In this document: positions 1 through 12,301 of the stretch, in pieces
How positions within the stretch are numbered: position 1 is the first letter of the stretch
Layout of the letters: each line of letters opens with the position of its first letter
IMG/VR virus record: IMGVR_UViG_2537561716_000006
Origin: a virus
Taxonomy: Duplodnaviria; Heunggongvirae; Uroviricota; Caudoviricetes
Reading direction: 5' to 3' (one strand)
DNA: 13,299 nucleotides
Made by a program: the position numbers and the translations under genes
The notes under the pieces: generated by a model
What the model was told of the DNA's origin: nothing
What the model saw: the letters and a program-made list of their open reading frames with translations, nothing else
The model's database searches: none

Positions 1-1
1 A

Positions 2-3627
<3,626 letters not shown>

Positions 3628-3647
<20 letters not shown>

Positions 3648-4947
3648 TCTCCCGCATATTGCCAGCATGGCTTTTAATGAGCCGCTGATGCTTGAACCCG
3701 CCTATGCGCGGGTTTTCTTTTGTGCGCTTGCAGGCCAGCTTGGGATCAGCCGCCTGACGGATGCAGTATCCGGCGACAGCCTGACTGCCGGAGAGGCACC
3801 CGCGGCGCTGGCGTTATCCGGTGATGATGACGGACCACGACAGGCCCGGAGTTATCAGGTCATGAACGGCATCGCCGTGCTGCCGGTGTCCGGTACGCTG
3901 GTCAGCCGGACGCGGGCGCTGCAGCCGTATTCGGGAATGACCGGTTACAACGGCATTATCGCCCGTCTGCAACAGGCTGCCAGCGATCCGATGGTGGACG
4001 GCATTCTGCTCGATATGGACACACCGGGCGGGATGGTGGCGGGAGCATTTGACTGTGCTGACATCATCGCCCGTGTGCGAGACATAAAACCGGTATGGGC
4101 GCTGGCCAACGACATGAACTGCAGTGCAGGTCAGCTGCTTGCCAGCGCCGCCTCCCGGCGTCTGGTCACGCAGACCGCCCGGACAGGCTCCATCGGCGTC
4201 ATGATGGCTCACAGTAATTACGGTGCTGCCCTGGAGAAACAGGGCGTGGAAATCACGCTGATTTACAGCGGCAGCCATAAGGTGGATGGCAACCCCTACA
4301 GCCATCTACCGGGTGATGTCCGGGAAACACTGCAGTCCCGGATGGATGCAACCCGCCGGATGTTTGCGCAGAAGGTGTCGGCATATACCGGCCTGTCCGT
4401 GCAGGCTGTGCTGGATACCGAGGCTGCAGTGTACAGCGGTCAGGAGGCCATTGATGCCGGACTGGCTGATGAACTTGTCAACAGCACCGATGCGATCACC
4501 GTTATGCGTGATGCACTGGATGCACGTAAATCCCGTCTCTCAGGAGGGCGAATGACCAAAGAGACTCAATCAACAACTGTTTCAGCCACTGCTTCGCAGG
4601 CTGACGTTACTGGCGTGGTGCCAGCGACGGAGGGCGAAAACGCCAGCGCGGCGCAGCCGGACGTGAACGCGCAGATCACCGCTGCGGTTGCGGCAGAAAA
4701 CAGCCGCATTATGGGGATCCTCAACTGTGAGGAGGCTCACGGACGCGAAGAACAGGCCCGCGTGCTGGCAGAAACCCCCGGTATGACCGTGGAAACGGCC
4801 CGCCGCATTCTGGCCGCAGCACCACAGAGTGCACAGGCGCGCAGTGATACTGCGCTGGATCGTCTGATGCAGGGGGCACCGGCACCGCTGGCTGCAGGTA
4901 ACCCGGCATCTGATGCCGTTAACGATTTGCTGAACACACCAGTGTAA
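3628..4947 (+). CDS. C: Prohead protease / minor capsid protein gpC (439 aa), GTG start
   Basis: GTG at 3628 is preceded by a GAGGAGGAG Shine-Dalgarno inside the 3' end of B, giving a 20-nt B/C overlap as in lambda. The product VTAELRNLPHIASMAFNEPLMLEPAYARVFF... is 439 aa, equal to lambda gpC. The ORF-track start at 3493 is an upstream over-extension through B. Confidence 0.9.
4342..4947 (+). CDS. Nu3: Scaffolding protein gpNu3 (201 aa), in-frame internal start within C
   Basis: ATG at 4342 is in the C frame and begins MDATRRMFAQKVSAYTGLSVQ..., sharing the C stop. It sits 714 nt after the C start, exactly as for lambda Nu3 relative to C (recalled annotation). Confidence 0.8.
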   Translation: MDATRRMFAQKVSAYTGLSVQAVLDTEAAVYSGQEAIDAGLADELVNSTDAITVMRDALDARKSRLSGGRMTKETQSTTVSATASQADVTGVVPATEGENASAAQPDVNAQITAAVAAENSRIMGILNCEEAHGREEQARVLAETPGMTVETARRILAAAPQSAQARSDTALDRLMQGAPAPLAAGNPASDAVNDLLNTPV

Positions 4948-4956
4948 GGGATGTTT

Positions 4957-5289
4957 ATGACGAGCAAAGAAACCTTTACCCATTACCAGCCGCTGGGCAA
5001 CAGTGACCCGGCTCATACCGCAACCGCGCCCGGCGGATTGAGTGCGAAAGCGCCTGCAATGACCCCGCTGATGCTGGACACCTCCAGCCGTAAGCTGGTT
5101 GCGTGGGATGGCACCACCGACGGTGCTGCCGTTGGCATTCTTGCGGTTGCTGCTGACCAGACCAGCACCACGCTGACGTTCTACAAGTCCGGCACGTTCC
5201 GTTATGAGGATGTGCTCTGGCCGGAGGCTGCCAGCGACGAGACGAAAAAACGGACCGCGTTTGCCGGAACGGCAATCAGCATCGTTTAA
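4957..5289 (+). CDS. D: Capsid decoration protein gpD (110 aa)
   Basis: [52 protein letters not shown]... matches lambda gpD. The start ATG at 4957 is 10 nt after the C stop with TAAGGG upstream; the ORF-track start at 4951 adds two spurious residues. Confidence 0.93.
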   Translation: MTSKETFTHYQPLGNSDPAHTATAPGGLSAKAPAMTPLMLDTSSRKLVAWDGTTDGAAVGILAVAADQTSTTLTFYKSGTFRYEDVLWPEAASDETKKRTAFAGTAISIV

Positions 5290-5306
5290 CCTGACCCTTC
5301 ATCACT

Positions 5307-5331
5307 AAAGGCCGCCTGTGCGGCTTTTTTT
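5307..5331 (+). terminator. Terminator-like hairpin in the D-E intergenic region (AAAGGCCGC ctgt GCGGCTTT followed by T-run)
   Basis: Read directly: 5307-5315 AAAGGCCGC is perfectly complementary to 5320-5328 GCGGCTTTT(first 9), with a 4-nt loop CTGT and a T7 tract at 5325-5331. A second T-run at 5338-5344 abuts the E start codon. Confidence 0.55.
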
Positions 5332-5344
5332 ACGGGATTTTTTT

Positions 5345-6370
5345 ATGTCGATGTACACAACCGCCCAACTGCTGGCGGCAAATGAGCAGAAATTTAAGTT
5401 TGATCCGCTGTTTCTGCGTCTCTTTTTCCGTGAGAGCTATCCCTTCACCACGGAGAAAGTCTATCTCTCACAAATTCCGGGACTGGTAAACATGGCGCTG
5501 TACGTTTCGCCGATTGTTTCTGGTGAGGTTATCCGTTCCCGTGGCGGCTCCACCTCTGAATTTACGCCGGGATATGTCAAGCCGAAGCATGAAGTGAATC
5601 CGCAGATGACCCTGCGTCGCCTGCCGGATGAAGATCCGCAGAATCTGGCGGACCCGGCTTACCGCCGCCGTCGCATCATCATGCAGAACATGCGTGACGA
5701 AGAGCTGGCCATTGCTCAGGTCGAAGAGATGCAGGCAGTTTCTGCCGTGCTCAAGGGCAAATACACCATGACCGGTGAAGCCTTCGATCCGGTTGAGGTG
5801 GATATGGGCCGCAGTGCGGCGAACAACATCACGCAGTCCGGCGGCACGGAGTGGAGCAAGCGTGACAAGTCCACGTATGACCCGACCGACGATATCGAAG
5901 CCTACGCGCTGAACGCCAGCGGCGTGGTGAATATCATCGTGTTTGACCCGAAAGGCTGGGCGCTGTTCCGTTCCTTCAAAGCCGTCAGGGAGAAGCTGGA
6001 TACCCGTCGCGGCTCTCATTCCGAACTGGAGACAGCGGTAAAAGACCTGGGCAAAGCGGTGTCTTATAAGGGAATGTATGGCGATGTGGCCATCGTCGTG
6101 TATTCCGGACAGTACGTGGAAAACGGCGTCAAAAAGAACTTCCTGCCGGACAACACGATGGTGCTGGGGAACACTCAGGCACGCGGTCTGCGTACCTATG
6201 GCTGCATTCAGGATGCGGACGCACAGCGCGAAGGCATTAACGCCTCTGCCCGTTACCCGAAAAACTGGGTGACCACCGGCGATCCGGCGCGTGAGTTCAC
6301 CATGATTCAGTCAGCACCGCTGATGCTGCTGGCTGACCCTGATGAGTTCGTGTCCGTACAACTGGCGTAA
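5345..6370 (+). CDS. E: Major capsid protein gpE (341 aa)
   Basis: MSMYTTAQLLAANEQKFKFDPLFLRLFFRESYPFTTEKVYLSQIPGLVNMALYVSPIVSGE... matches lambda gpE at 341 aa. The ORF-track start at 5318 lies inside the upstream hairpin and T-run and is rejected. Confidence 0.95.
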   Translation: MSMYTTAQLLAANEQKFKFDPLFLRLFFRESYPFTTEKVYLSQIPGLVNMALYVSPIVSGEVIRSRGGSTSEFTPGYVKPKHEVNPQMTLRRLPDEDPQNLADPAYRRRRIIMQNMRDEELAIAQVEEMQAVSAVLKGKYTMTGEAFDPVEVDMGRSAANNITQSGGTEWSKRDKSTYDPTDDIEAYALNASGVVNIIVFDPKGWALFRSFKAVREKLDTRRGSHSELETAVKDLGKAVSYKGMYGDVAIVVYSGQYVENGVKKNFLPDNTMVLGNTQARGLRTYGCIQDADAQREGINASARYPKNWVTTGDPAREFTMIQSAPLMLLADPDEFVSVQLA

Positions 6371-6372
6371 TC

Positions 6373-6397
6373 ATGGCCCTTCGGGGCCATTGTTTTT
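6373..6397 (+). terminator. Terminator-like hairpin immediately downstream of E (ATGGCCC ttcg GGGCCAT + TGTTTTT)
   Basis: Read directly: 6373-6379 ATGGCCC pairs with 6384-6390 GGGCCAT around a TTCG tetraloop, followed by TGTTTTTCTG. It is followed by the FI Shine-Dalgarno GGAGGAG (6402-6408). Confidence 0.55.
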
Positions 6398-6411
6398 CTG
6401 TGGAGGAGTCC

Positions 6412-6810
6412 ATGACGAAAGATGAACTGATTGCCCGTCTCCGCTCGCTGGGTGAACAACTGAACCGTGATGTCAGCCTGACGGGGACGAAAGAAGAACT
6501 GGCGCTCCGTGTGGCAGAGCTGGAAGAGGAGCTTGATGACACGGATGAAACTGCCGGTCAGGACACCCCTCTCAGCCGGGAAAATGTGCTGACCGGACAT
6601 GAAAATGAGGTGGGATCAGCGCAGCCGGATACCGTGATTCTGGATACGTCTGAACTGGTCACGGTCGTGGCACTGGTGAAGCTGCATACTGATGCACTTC
6701 ACGTCACGCGGGATGAACCTGTGGCATTTGTGCTGCCGGGAACGGCGTTTCGTGTCTCTGCCGGTGTGGCAGCCGAAATGACAGAGCGCGGCCTGGCCAG
6801 AATGCAATAA
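6412..6810 (+). CDS. FI: DNA packaging / head assembly accessory protein gpFI (132 aa)
   Basis: MTKDELIARLRSLGEQLNRDVSLTGTKEELALRVAELEEELDDTDETAGQDTPLS... matches lambda gpFI. A GGAGGAG Shine-Dalgarno sits 4 nt upstream of ATG 6412; the ORF-track start at 6373 lies in the hairpin and is rejected. Confidence 0.92.
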   Translation: MTKDELIARLRSLGEQLNRDVSLTGTKEELALRVAELEEELDDTDETAGQDTPLSRENVLTGHENEVGSAQPDTVILDTSELVTVVALVKLHTDALHVTRDEPVAFVLPGTAFRVSAGVAAEMTERGLARMQ

Positions 6811-6821
6811 CGGGAGGCGCT

Positions 6822-7175
6822 GTGGCTGATTTCGATAACCTGTTCGATGCTGCCATTGCCCGCGCCGATGAAACGATACGCGGGTACATGGGAACGTCAG
6901 CCACCATGACATCCGGTGAGCAGTCCGGCGCAGTAATACGTGGTGTTTTTGATGACCCTGAAAATATCAGCTATGCCGGACAGGGCGTGCGTGTTGAAGG
7001 CTCCAGCCCGTCCCTGTTTGTCCGGACTGATGATGTGCGGCAACTGCGGCGTGGAGACACGCTGACCATCGGTGAGGAAAACTTCTGGATAGACCGGATT
7101 TCGACGGATGATGGCGGAAGCTGTCATCTCTGGCTTGGGCGGGGCGTACCGCCTGCCGTTAACCGTCGTCGCTGA
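6822..7175 (+). CDS. FII: Head-tail connector / head completion protein gpFII (117 aa), GTG start
   Basis: GTG at 6822 is preceded by GGGAGG. The product (M)ADFDNLFDAAIARADETIRGYMGTSAT...HLWLGRGVPPAVNRRR is 117 aa, as in lambda gpFII. Confidence 0.92.
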   Translation: MADFDNLFDAAIARADETIRGYMGTSATMTSGEQSGAVIRGVFDDPENISYAGQGVRVEGSSPSLFVRTDDVRQLRRGDTLTIGEENFWIDRISTDDGGSCHLWLGRGVPPAVNRRR

Positions 7176-7186
7176 AGGGGGGATGT

Positions 7187-7765
7187 ATGGCCATAAAAGG
7201 TCTTGAGCAGGCCGTTGAAAACCTCAGTCGTATCAGCAAAACGGCGGTGCCTGGTGCGTCAGCAATGGCCATTAACCGCGTTGCTTCATCCGCGATATCG
7301 CAGTCGGCGTCACAGGTTGCCCGTGAGACAAGAGTACGCCGGAAACTGGTAAAGGAAAGGGCCAGGCTGAAAAGGGCCACGGTTAAAAATCCGCAGGCCA
7401 GAATCAAGGTTAACCGGGGGGATTTGCCCGTAATCAAGCTGGGTAACGCGCGGGTTGTCCTGTCCCGACGCAGGCGTCGTAAAAAGGGGCAGCGTTCATC
7501 CCTGAAAGGTGGCGGCAGCGTGCTTGTGGTGGGAAACCGTCGTATTCCCGGCGCGTTTATTCAGCAACTGAAAAATGGCCGGTGGCATGTCATGCAGCGT
7601 GTGGCCGGGAAAAACCGTTACCCCATTGATGTGGTGAAAATCCCGATGGCGGTGCCGCTGACCACGGCGTTTAAACAGAATATTGAGCGGATACGGCGTG
7701 AACGTCTTCCGAAAGAGCTGGGCTATGCGCTGCAGCATCAACTGAGAATGGTAATAAAGCGATGA
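7187..7765 (+). CDS. Z: Tail completion protein gpZ (192 aa)
   Basis: MAIKGLEQAVENLSRISKTAVPGASAMAINRVASSAISQSASQVARETRVRRKL... matches lambda gpZ at 192 aa. A G-rich Shine-Dalgarno (AGGGGGGA) lies upstream. Confidence 0.93.
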   Translation: MAIKGLEQAVENLSRISKTAVPGASAMAINRVASSAISQSASQVARETRVRRKLVKERARLKRATVKNPQARIKVNRGDLPVIKLGNARVVLSRRRRRKKGQRSSLKGGGSVLVVGNRRIPGAFIQQLKNGRWHVMQRVAGKNRYPIDVVKIPMAVPLTTAFKQNIERIRRERLPKELGYALQHQLRMVIKR

Positions 7766-8157
7766 AACATACTGAACTCCGTGCAGCCGTACTGGATGCA
7801 CTGGAGAAGCATGACACCGGGGCGACGTTTTTTGATGGTCGCCCCGCTGTTTTTGATGAGGCGGATTTTCCGGCAGTTGCCGTTTATCTCACCGGCGCTG
7901 AATACACGGGCGAAGAGCTGGACAGCGATACCTGGCAGGCGGAGCTGCATATCGAAGTTTTCCTGCCTGCTCAGGTGCCGGATTCAGAGCTGGATGCGTG
8001 GATGGAGTCCCGGATTTATCCGGTGATGAGCGATATCCCGGCACTATCAGATTTGATCACCAGTATGGTGGCCAGTGGCTATGACTACCGGCGCGACGAT
8101 GATGCGGGCCTGTGGAGTTCAGCCGATCTGACTTATGTCATTACCTATGAAATGTGA
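7762..8157 (+). CDS. U: Tail terminator protein gpU (131 aa)
   Basis: [67 protein letters not shown]... matches lambda gpU at 131 aa. The start overlaps the Z stop as ATGA. Confidence 0.94.
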   Translation: MKHTELRAAVLDALEKHDTGATFFDGRPAVFDEADFPAVAVYLTGAEYTGEELDSDTWQAELHIEVFLPAQVPDSELDAWMESRIYPVMSDIPALSDLITSMVASGYDYRRDDDAGLWSSADLTYVITYEM

Positions 8158-8164
8158 GGACGAT

Positions 8165-8905
8165 ATGCCAACACCAAATCCTCTGGCACCGGTGAAAGGG
8201 GCCGGGACCACACTGTGGGTTTATAACGGGAACGGCGACCCATATGCAAACCCGCTTTCAGACAATGACTGGTCGCGTCTGGCAAAGGTTAAAGACCTGA
8301 CGCCCGGCGAACTGACCGCTGAGTCCTATGACGACAGTTATCTCGATGATGAAGATGCGGACTGGGCCGCGACCGGACAGGGGCAGAAATCCGCTGGAGA
8401 TACCAGCTTCACGCTGGCGTGGATGCCCGGAGAGCAGGGGCAGCAGGCGCTGCTGGCGTGGTTTAATGAAGGTGATACCCGTGCCTATAAAATCCGCTTC
8501 CCGAACGGCACGGTCGATGTGTTCCGCGGCTGGGTCAGCAGTATCGGTAAGGCGGTGACGGCGAAGGAAGTGATCACCCGCACGGTGAAAGTCACCAACG
8601 TGGGACGTCCGTCGATGGCAGAAGATCGCAGCACGGTAACAGCGGCAACCGGCATGACCGTGACGCCTGCCAGCACCTCGGTGGTGAAAGGGCAGAGCAC
8701 GACGCTGACCGTGGCATTCCAGCCGGAAGGCGCAACCGACAAGAGCTTCCGTGCGGTGTCTGCGGATAAAACAAAAGCCACCGTGTCGGTCAGTGGTATG
8801 ACCATCACCGTGAAAGGTGTTGCTGCAGGCAAGGTCAACATTCCGGTCGTATCCGGTAATGGTGAGTTTGCTGCGGTTGCAGAAATCAACGTCACCGCCA
8901 GTTAA
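8165..8905 (+). CDS. V: Major tail tube protein gpV (246 aa) with C-terminal Ig-like domain
   Basis: ATG at 8165 is preceded by GAGGA. The product [57 protein letters not shown]... is 246 aa, equal to lambda gpV. The ORF-track start at 8135 overlaps the U 3' end and is rejected. Confidence 0.93.
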   Translation: MPTPNPLAPVKGAGTTLWVYNGNGDPYANPLSDNDWSRLAKVKDLTPGELTAESYDDSYLDDEDADWAATGQGQKSAGDTSFTLAWMPGEQGQQALLAWFNEGDTRAYKIRFPNGTVDVFRGWVSSIGKAVTAKEVITRTVKVTNVGRPSMAEDRSTVTAATGMTVTPASTSVVKGQSTTLTVAFQPEGATDKSFRAVSADKTKATVSVSGMTITVKGVAAGKVNIPVVSGNGEFAAVAEINVTAS

Positions 8906-8920
8906 TCCGGAGAATCAGCG

Positions 8921-9343
8921 ATGTTCCTGAAAACCGAATCATTTGAACATAACGGCGTGACCGTCACGCTTTCTGAACTGTCAGCCCTGCAGCGTATTGA
9001 GCATCTCGCCCTGATGAAACGGCAGGCAGAACAGGCGGAGTCAGACAGCAACCGGAAGTTTACTGTGGAAGACGCCATCAGAACCGGCGCTTTTGTGGTG
9101 GCGATGTCCCTGTGGCATAACCATCCGAAGAAGACGCAGATGCCGTCCATGAATGAAGCCGTTAAACAGATTGAGCAGGAAGTGCTTACCACCTGGCCCG
9201 CGGAGGCAATTTCTCATGCTGAAAACGTGGTGTACCGGCTGTCCGGTATGTATGAGTTTGTGGTGAATGATGCCCCTGAACAGGCAGAGGACGCCGGGCC
9301 TGCAGAGCCTGTTTCTGCGGGAAAGTGTTCGACGGTGAGCTGA
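8921..9343 (+). CDS. G: Tail assembly chaperone gpG (140 aa)
   Basis: MFLKTESFEHNGVTVTLSELSALQRIEHLALMKRQAEQAESDSNRKFTVEDAIRTGAF... ends ...PVSAGKCSTVS. It matches lambda gpG in length and sequence. Confidence 0.93.
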   Translation: MFLKTESFEHNGVTVTLSELSALQRIEHLALMKRQAEQAESDSNRKFTVEDAIRTGAFVVAMSLWHNHPKKTQMPSMNEAVKQIEQEVLTTWPAEAISHAENVVYRLSGMYEFVVNDAPEQAEDAGPAEPVSAGKCSTVS

Positions 9344-9759
9344 GTTTTGCCCTGAAACTGGCGCGCGAGATGGGGCGACCCGACTGGCGTGCCATGCTTG
9401 CCGGGATGTCATCCACGGAGTATGCCGACTGGCACCGCTTTTACAGTACCCATTATTTTCATGATGTTCTGCTGGATATGCACTTTTCCGGGCTGACGTA
9501 CACCGTGCTCAGCCTGTTTTTCAGCGATCCGGATATGCATCCGCTGGATTTCAGTCTGCTGAACCGGCGTGAGGCTGACGAAGAGCCTGAAGATGATGTG
9601 CTGATGCAGAAAGCGGCAGGGCTTGCTGGAGGCGTTCGTTTTGGCCCGGACGGGAATGAAGTTATCCCCGCTTCCCCGGATGTGGCGGACATGACGGAGG
9701 ATGACGTAATGCTGATGACAGTATCAGAAGGGATCGCAGGAGGAGTCCGGTATGGCTGA
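8921..9759 (+). CDS. T: Tail assembly chaperone fusion gpG-T produced by programmed -1 ribosomal frameshift near 9319-9325
   Basis: The T frame (-1 relative to G) is open from 9325 to TGA 9757-9759, encoding ...FDGELSFALKLAREMGRPDWRAMLAGMSSTEYADWHRFYSTHYFHDVLL... It has no Shine-Dalgarno of its own and overlaps the G 3' end by 19 nt. The slippery heptamer G GGA AAG is in the G frame at 9319-9325. The G-T frameshift is the established mechanism in lambda. Confidence 0.85.
9319..9325 (+). promoter_or_regulatory. -1 programmed frameshift slippery heptamer G_GGA_AAG (G frame)
   Basis: Read directly: gcGGGAAAGtg, with codons GGA (9320-9322) and AAG (9323-9325) in the G frame. A slip to GGG AAA puts the ribosome in the T frame. 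Confidence 0.85.
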
Positions 9760-12301
9760 ACCGGTAGGCGATCTGGTCGTTGATTTAAGTCTGGATGCGG
9801 CCAGATTTGACGAGCAGATGGCCAGAGTCAGGCGTCATTTTTCCGGTACGGAAAGTGATGCGAAAAAAACAGCGGCAGTCGTTGAACAGTCGATGAGCCG
9901 GCAGGCGCTGGCTGCACAGAAAGCGGGAATTTCCGTCGGGCAGTATAAAGCCGCCATGCGTATGCTGCCTGCGCAGTTCACTGACGTGGCCACGCAGCTT
10001 GCAGGTGGGCAAAGTCCGTGGCTGATCCTGCTGCAACAGGGGGGGCAGGTGAAGGACTCCTTCGGCGGGATGATCCCCATGTTCAGGGGGCTTGCCGGTG
10101 CGATCACCCTGCCGATGGTGGGGGCCACCTCGCTGGCGGTGGCGACCGGTGCGCTGGCGTATGCCTGGTATCAGGGCAACTCAACCCTGTCCGATTTCAA
10201 CAAAACGCTGGTCCTTTCCGGCAATCAGGCCGGGCTGACGGCAGATCGTATGCTGGTCCTGTCCAGAGCCGGGCAGGCGGCAGGGCTGACGTTTAACCAG
10301 ACCAGCGAGTCACTCAGCGCACTGGTTAAGGCGGGGGTAAGCGGTGAGGCTCAGATTGCGTCCATCAGCCAGAGTGTGGCGCGTTTCTCCTCTGCATCAG
10401 GCGTGGAGGTGGACAAGGTCGCTGAAGCCTTCGGGAAGCTGACCACTGACCCGACGTCGGGGCTGACAGCGATGGCGCGCCAGTTCCATAACGTGACGGC
10501 GGAGCAGATTGCGTATGTTGCTCAGTTGCAGCGTTCCGGCGAAGAAGCCGGGGCATTGCAGGCGGCGAACGAGGCCGCGACGAAAGGGTTTGATGACCAG
10601 ACCCGCCGCCTGAAAGAGAACATGGGCACGCTGGAAACCTGGGCAGACAGGACAGCACGGGCATTCAAATCCATGTGGGATGCGGTGCTGGATATTGGTC
10701 GTCCTGATACCGCGCAGGAGATGCTGATTAAGGCAGAGGCCGCGTTTAAGAAAGCGGACGATATCTGGAATCTGCGCAAGGATGATTATTTTGTTAACGA
10801 TGAAGCGCGGGCGCGTTACTGGGATGATCGTGAAAAGGCCCGTCTTGCGCTTGAAGCCGCCCGAAAGAAGGCTGAGCAGCAGAGTCAACAGGACAAAAAT
10901 GCGCAGCAACAGAGCGATACCGAAGCGTCACGGCTGAAATATACCGAAGAGGCGCAGAAGGCTTACGAACGCCTGCAGACGCCGCTGGAGAAATATACCG
11001 CCCGTCAGGAAGAACTGAATAAGGCACTGAAAGACGGGAAAATCCTGCAGGCAGATTACAACACGCTGATGGCGGCGGCGAAAAAGGACTATGAAGCGAC
11101 GCTGAAAAAGCCGAAACAGTCCGGCGTGAAGGTGTCTGCGGGCGATCGTCAGGAAGACAGTGCTCATGCTGCCCTGCTGACGCTTCAGGCAGAACTCCGG
11201 ATGCTGGAGAAGCATGCCGGAGCGAATGAGAAAATCAGCCAGCAGCGCCGGGATTTGTGGAAGGCAGAAAGTCAGTTCGCGGTACTGGAGGAGGCGGCAC
11301 AACGTCGCCAGCTGTCCGCACAGGAGAAATCCCTGCTGGCGCATAAAGACGAGACGCTGGAGTACAAACGCCAGCTGGCTGTACTTGGCGACAAGGTCAC
11401 CTATCAGGAGCACCTGAACGCGCTGGCACAGCAGGCGGATAAATTCGCACAGCAACAACGGGCAAAACGGGCCGCCATTGATGCAAAAAACCGGGGGCTG
11501 ACTGACCGGCAGGCAGCGCGGGAAGCCACGGAACAGCGCCTGAAGGAACAGTATGGCGATAATCCTCTGGCGCTGAATAACGTCATGTCAGAGCAGAAAA
11601 AGACCTGGGCAGCTGAAGACCAGCTTCGCGGGAGCTGGATGGCAGGCCTCAGGTCAGGCTGGAGTGAGTGGGAAGAGAGCGCCACGGACAGTATGTCGCA
11701 GGTTAAAAGTGCTGCCACGCAGACCTTTGATGGTATTGCACAGAATATGGCGGCGATGCTGACCGGCAGTGAACAGAACTGGCGCAGCTTCACCCGTTCC
11801 GTGCTGTCCATGATGACAGAAATTCTGCTTAAGCAGGCAATGGTGGGGATTGTCGGAAGTATAGGCAGCGCCATTGGCGGCGGCGCATCAGCGTCAGGCG
11901 GTACAGCCATTCAGGCAGCTGCGGCGAAATTCCATTTTGCGGCCGGAGGGTTTACGGGAACCGGCGGCAAATATGAGCCAGCGGGGATTGTTCACCGTGG
12001 TGAATTTGTCTTCACGAAGGAGGCAACCAGCCGGATTGGCGTAGGAAATCTTTACCGGCTGATGCGCGGCTATGCCACCGGCGGTTATGTCGGTACACCG
12101 GGCAGCATGGCGGACAGCCGGTCGCAGGCGTCCGGGACGTTTGAGCAGAATAACCATGTGGTGATTAACAACGACGGCACGAACGGTCAGATAGGGCCAC
12201 AGGCACTGAAGGCGGTTTATGACGTAGCCCGTAAGGCGGCAATGGATGTTGTGACCGGGCAGATGCGCGATGGTGGTCTGTTCTCCGGAGGTGGACGATG
12301 A
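9752..12301 (+). CDS. H: Tail tape measure protein gpH (849 aa)
   Basis: ATG 9752 is preceded by GGAGGAG and overlaps the T stop. The product MAEPVGDLVVDLSLDAARFDEQMARVRRHFSGTESDAKKTAAVVEQ... ends ...MRDGGLFSGGGR and matches lambda gpH. It is long, coiled-coil and Q/A/K/E-rich centrally, with a Gly-rich hydrophobic segment near the C-terminus. It is 849 aa versus 853 aa recalled for lambda. Confidence 0.93.
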   Translation: MAEPVGDLVVDLSLDAARFDEQMARVRRHFSGTESDAKKTAAVVEQSMSRQALAAQKAGISVGQYKAAMRMLPAQFTDVATQLAGGQSPWLILLQQGGQVKDSFGGMIPMFRGLAGAITLPMVGATSLAVATGALAYAWYQGNSTLSDFNKTLVLSGNQAGLTADRMLVLSRAGQAAGLTFNQTSESLSALVKAGVSGEAQIASISQSVARFSSASGVEVDKVAEAFGKLTTDPTSGLTAMARQFHNVTAEQIAYVAQLQRSGEEAGALQAANEAATKGFDDQTRRLKENMGTLETWADRTARAFKSMWDAVLDIGRPDTAQEMLIKAEAAFKKADDIWNLRKDDYFVNDEARARYWDDREKARLALEAARKKAEQQSQQDKNAQQQSDTEASRLKYTEEAQKAYERLQTPLEKYTARQEELNKALKDGKILQADYNTLMAAAKKDYEATLKKPKQSGVKVSAGDRQEDSAHAALLTLQAELRMLEKHAGANEKISQQRRDLWKAESQFAVLEEAAQRRQLSAQEKSLLAHKDETLEYKRQLAVLGDKVTYQEHLNALAQQADKFAQQQRAKRAAIDAKNRGLTDRQAAREATEQRLKEQYGDNPLALNNVMSEQKKTWAAEDQLRGSWMAGLRSGWSEWEESATDSMSQVKSAATQTFDGIAQNMAAMLTGSEQNWRSFTRSVLSMMTEILLKQAMVGIVGSIGSAIGGGASASGGTAIQAAAAKFHFAAGGFTGTGGKYEPAGIVHRGEFVFTKEATSRIGVGNLYRLMRGYATGGYVGTPGSMADSRSQASGTFEQNNHVVINNDGTNGQIGPQALKAVYDVARKAAMDVVTGQMRDGGLFSGGGR

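Noticed and set aside
5318-5344. Upstream ATG starts for E (5318), D (4951), FI (6373) and V (8135) suggested by the ORF track
   Set aside because: Each adds residues absent from the lambda homolog and either falls inside a hairpin or T-run (E, FI) or overlaps the preceding gene without a ribosome-binding site (V). The downstream ATGs have Shine-Dalgarno sequences and give canonical lengths.
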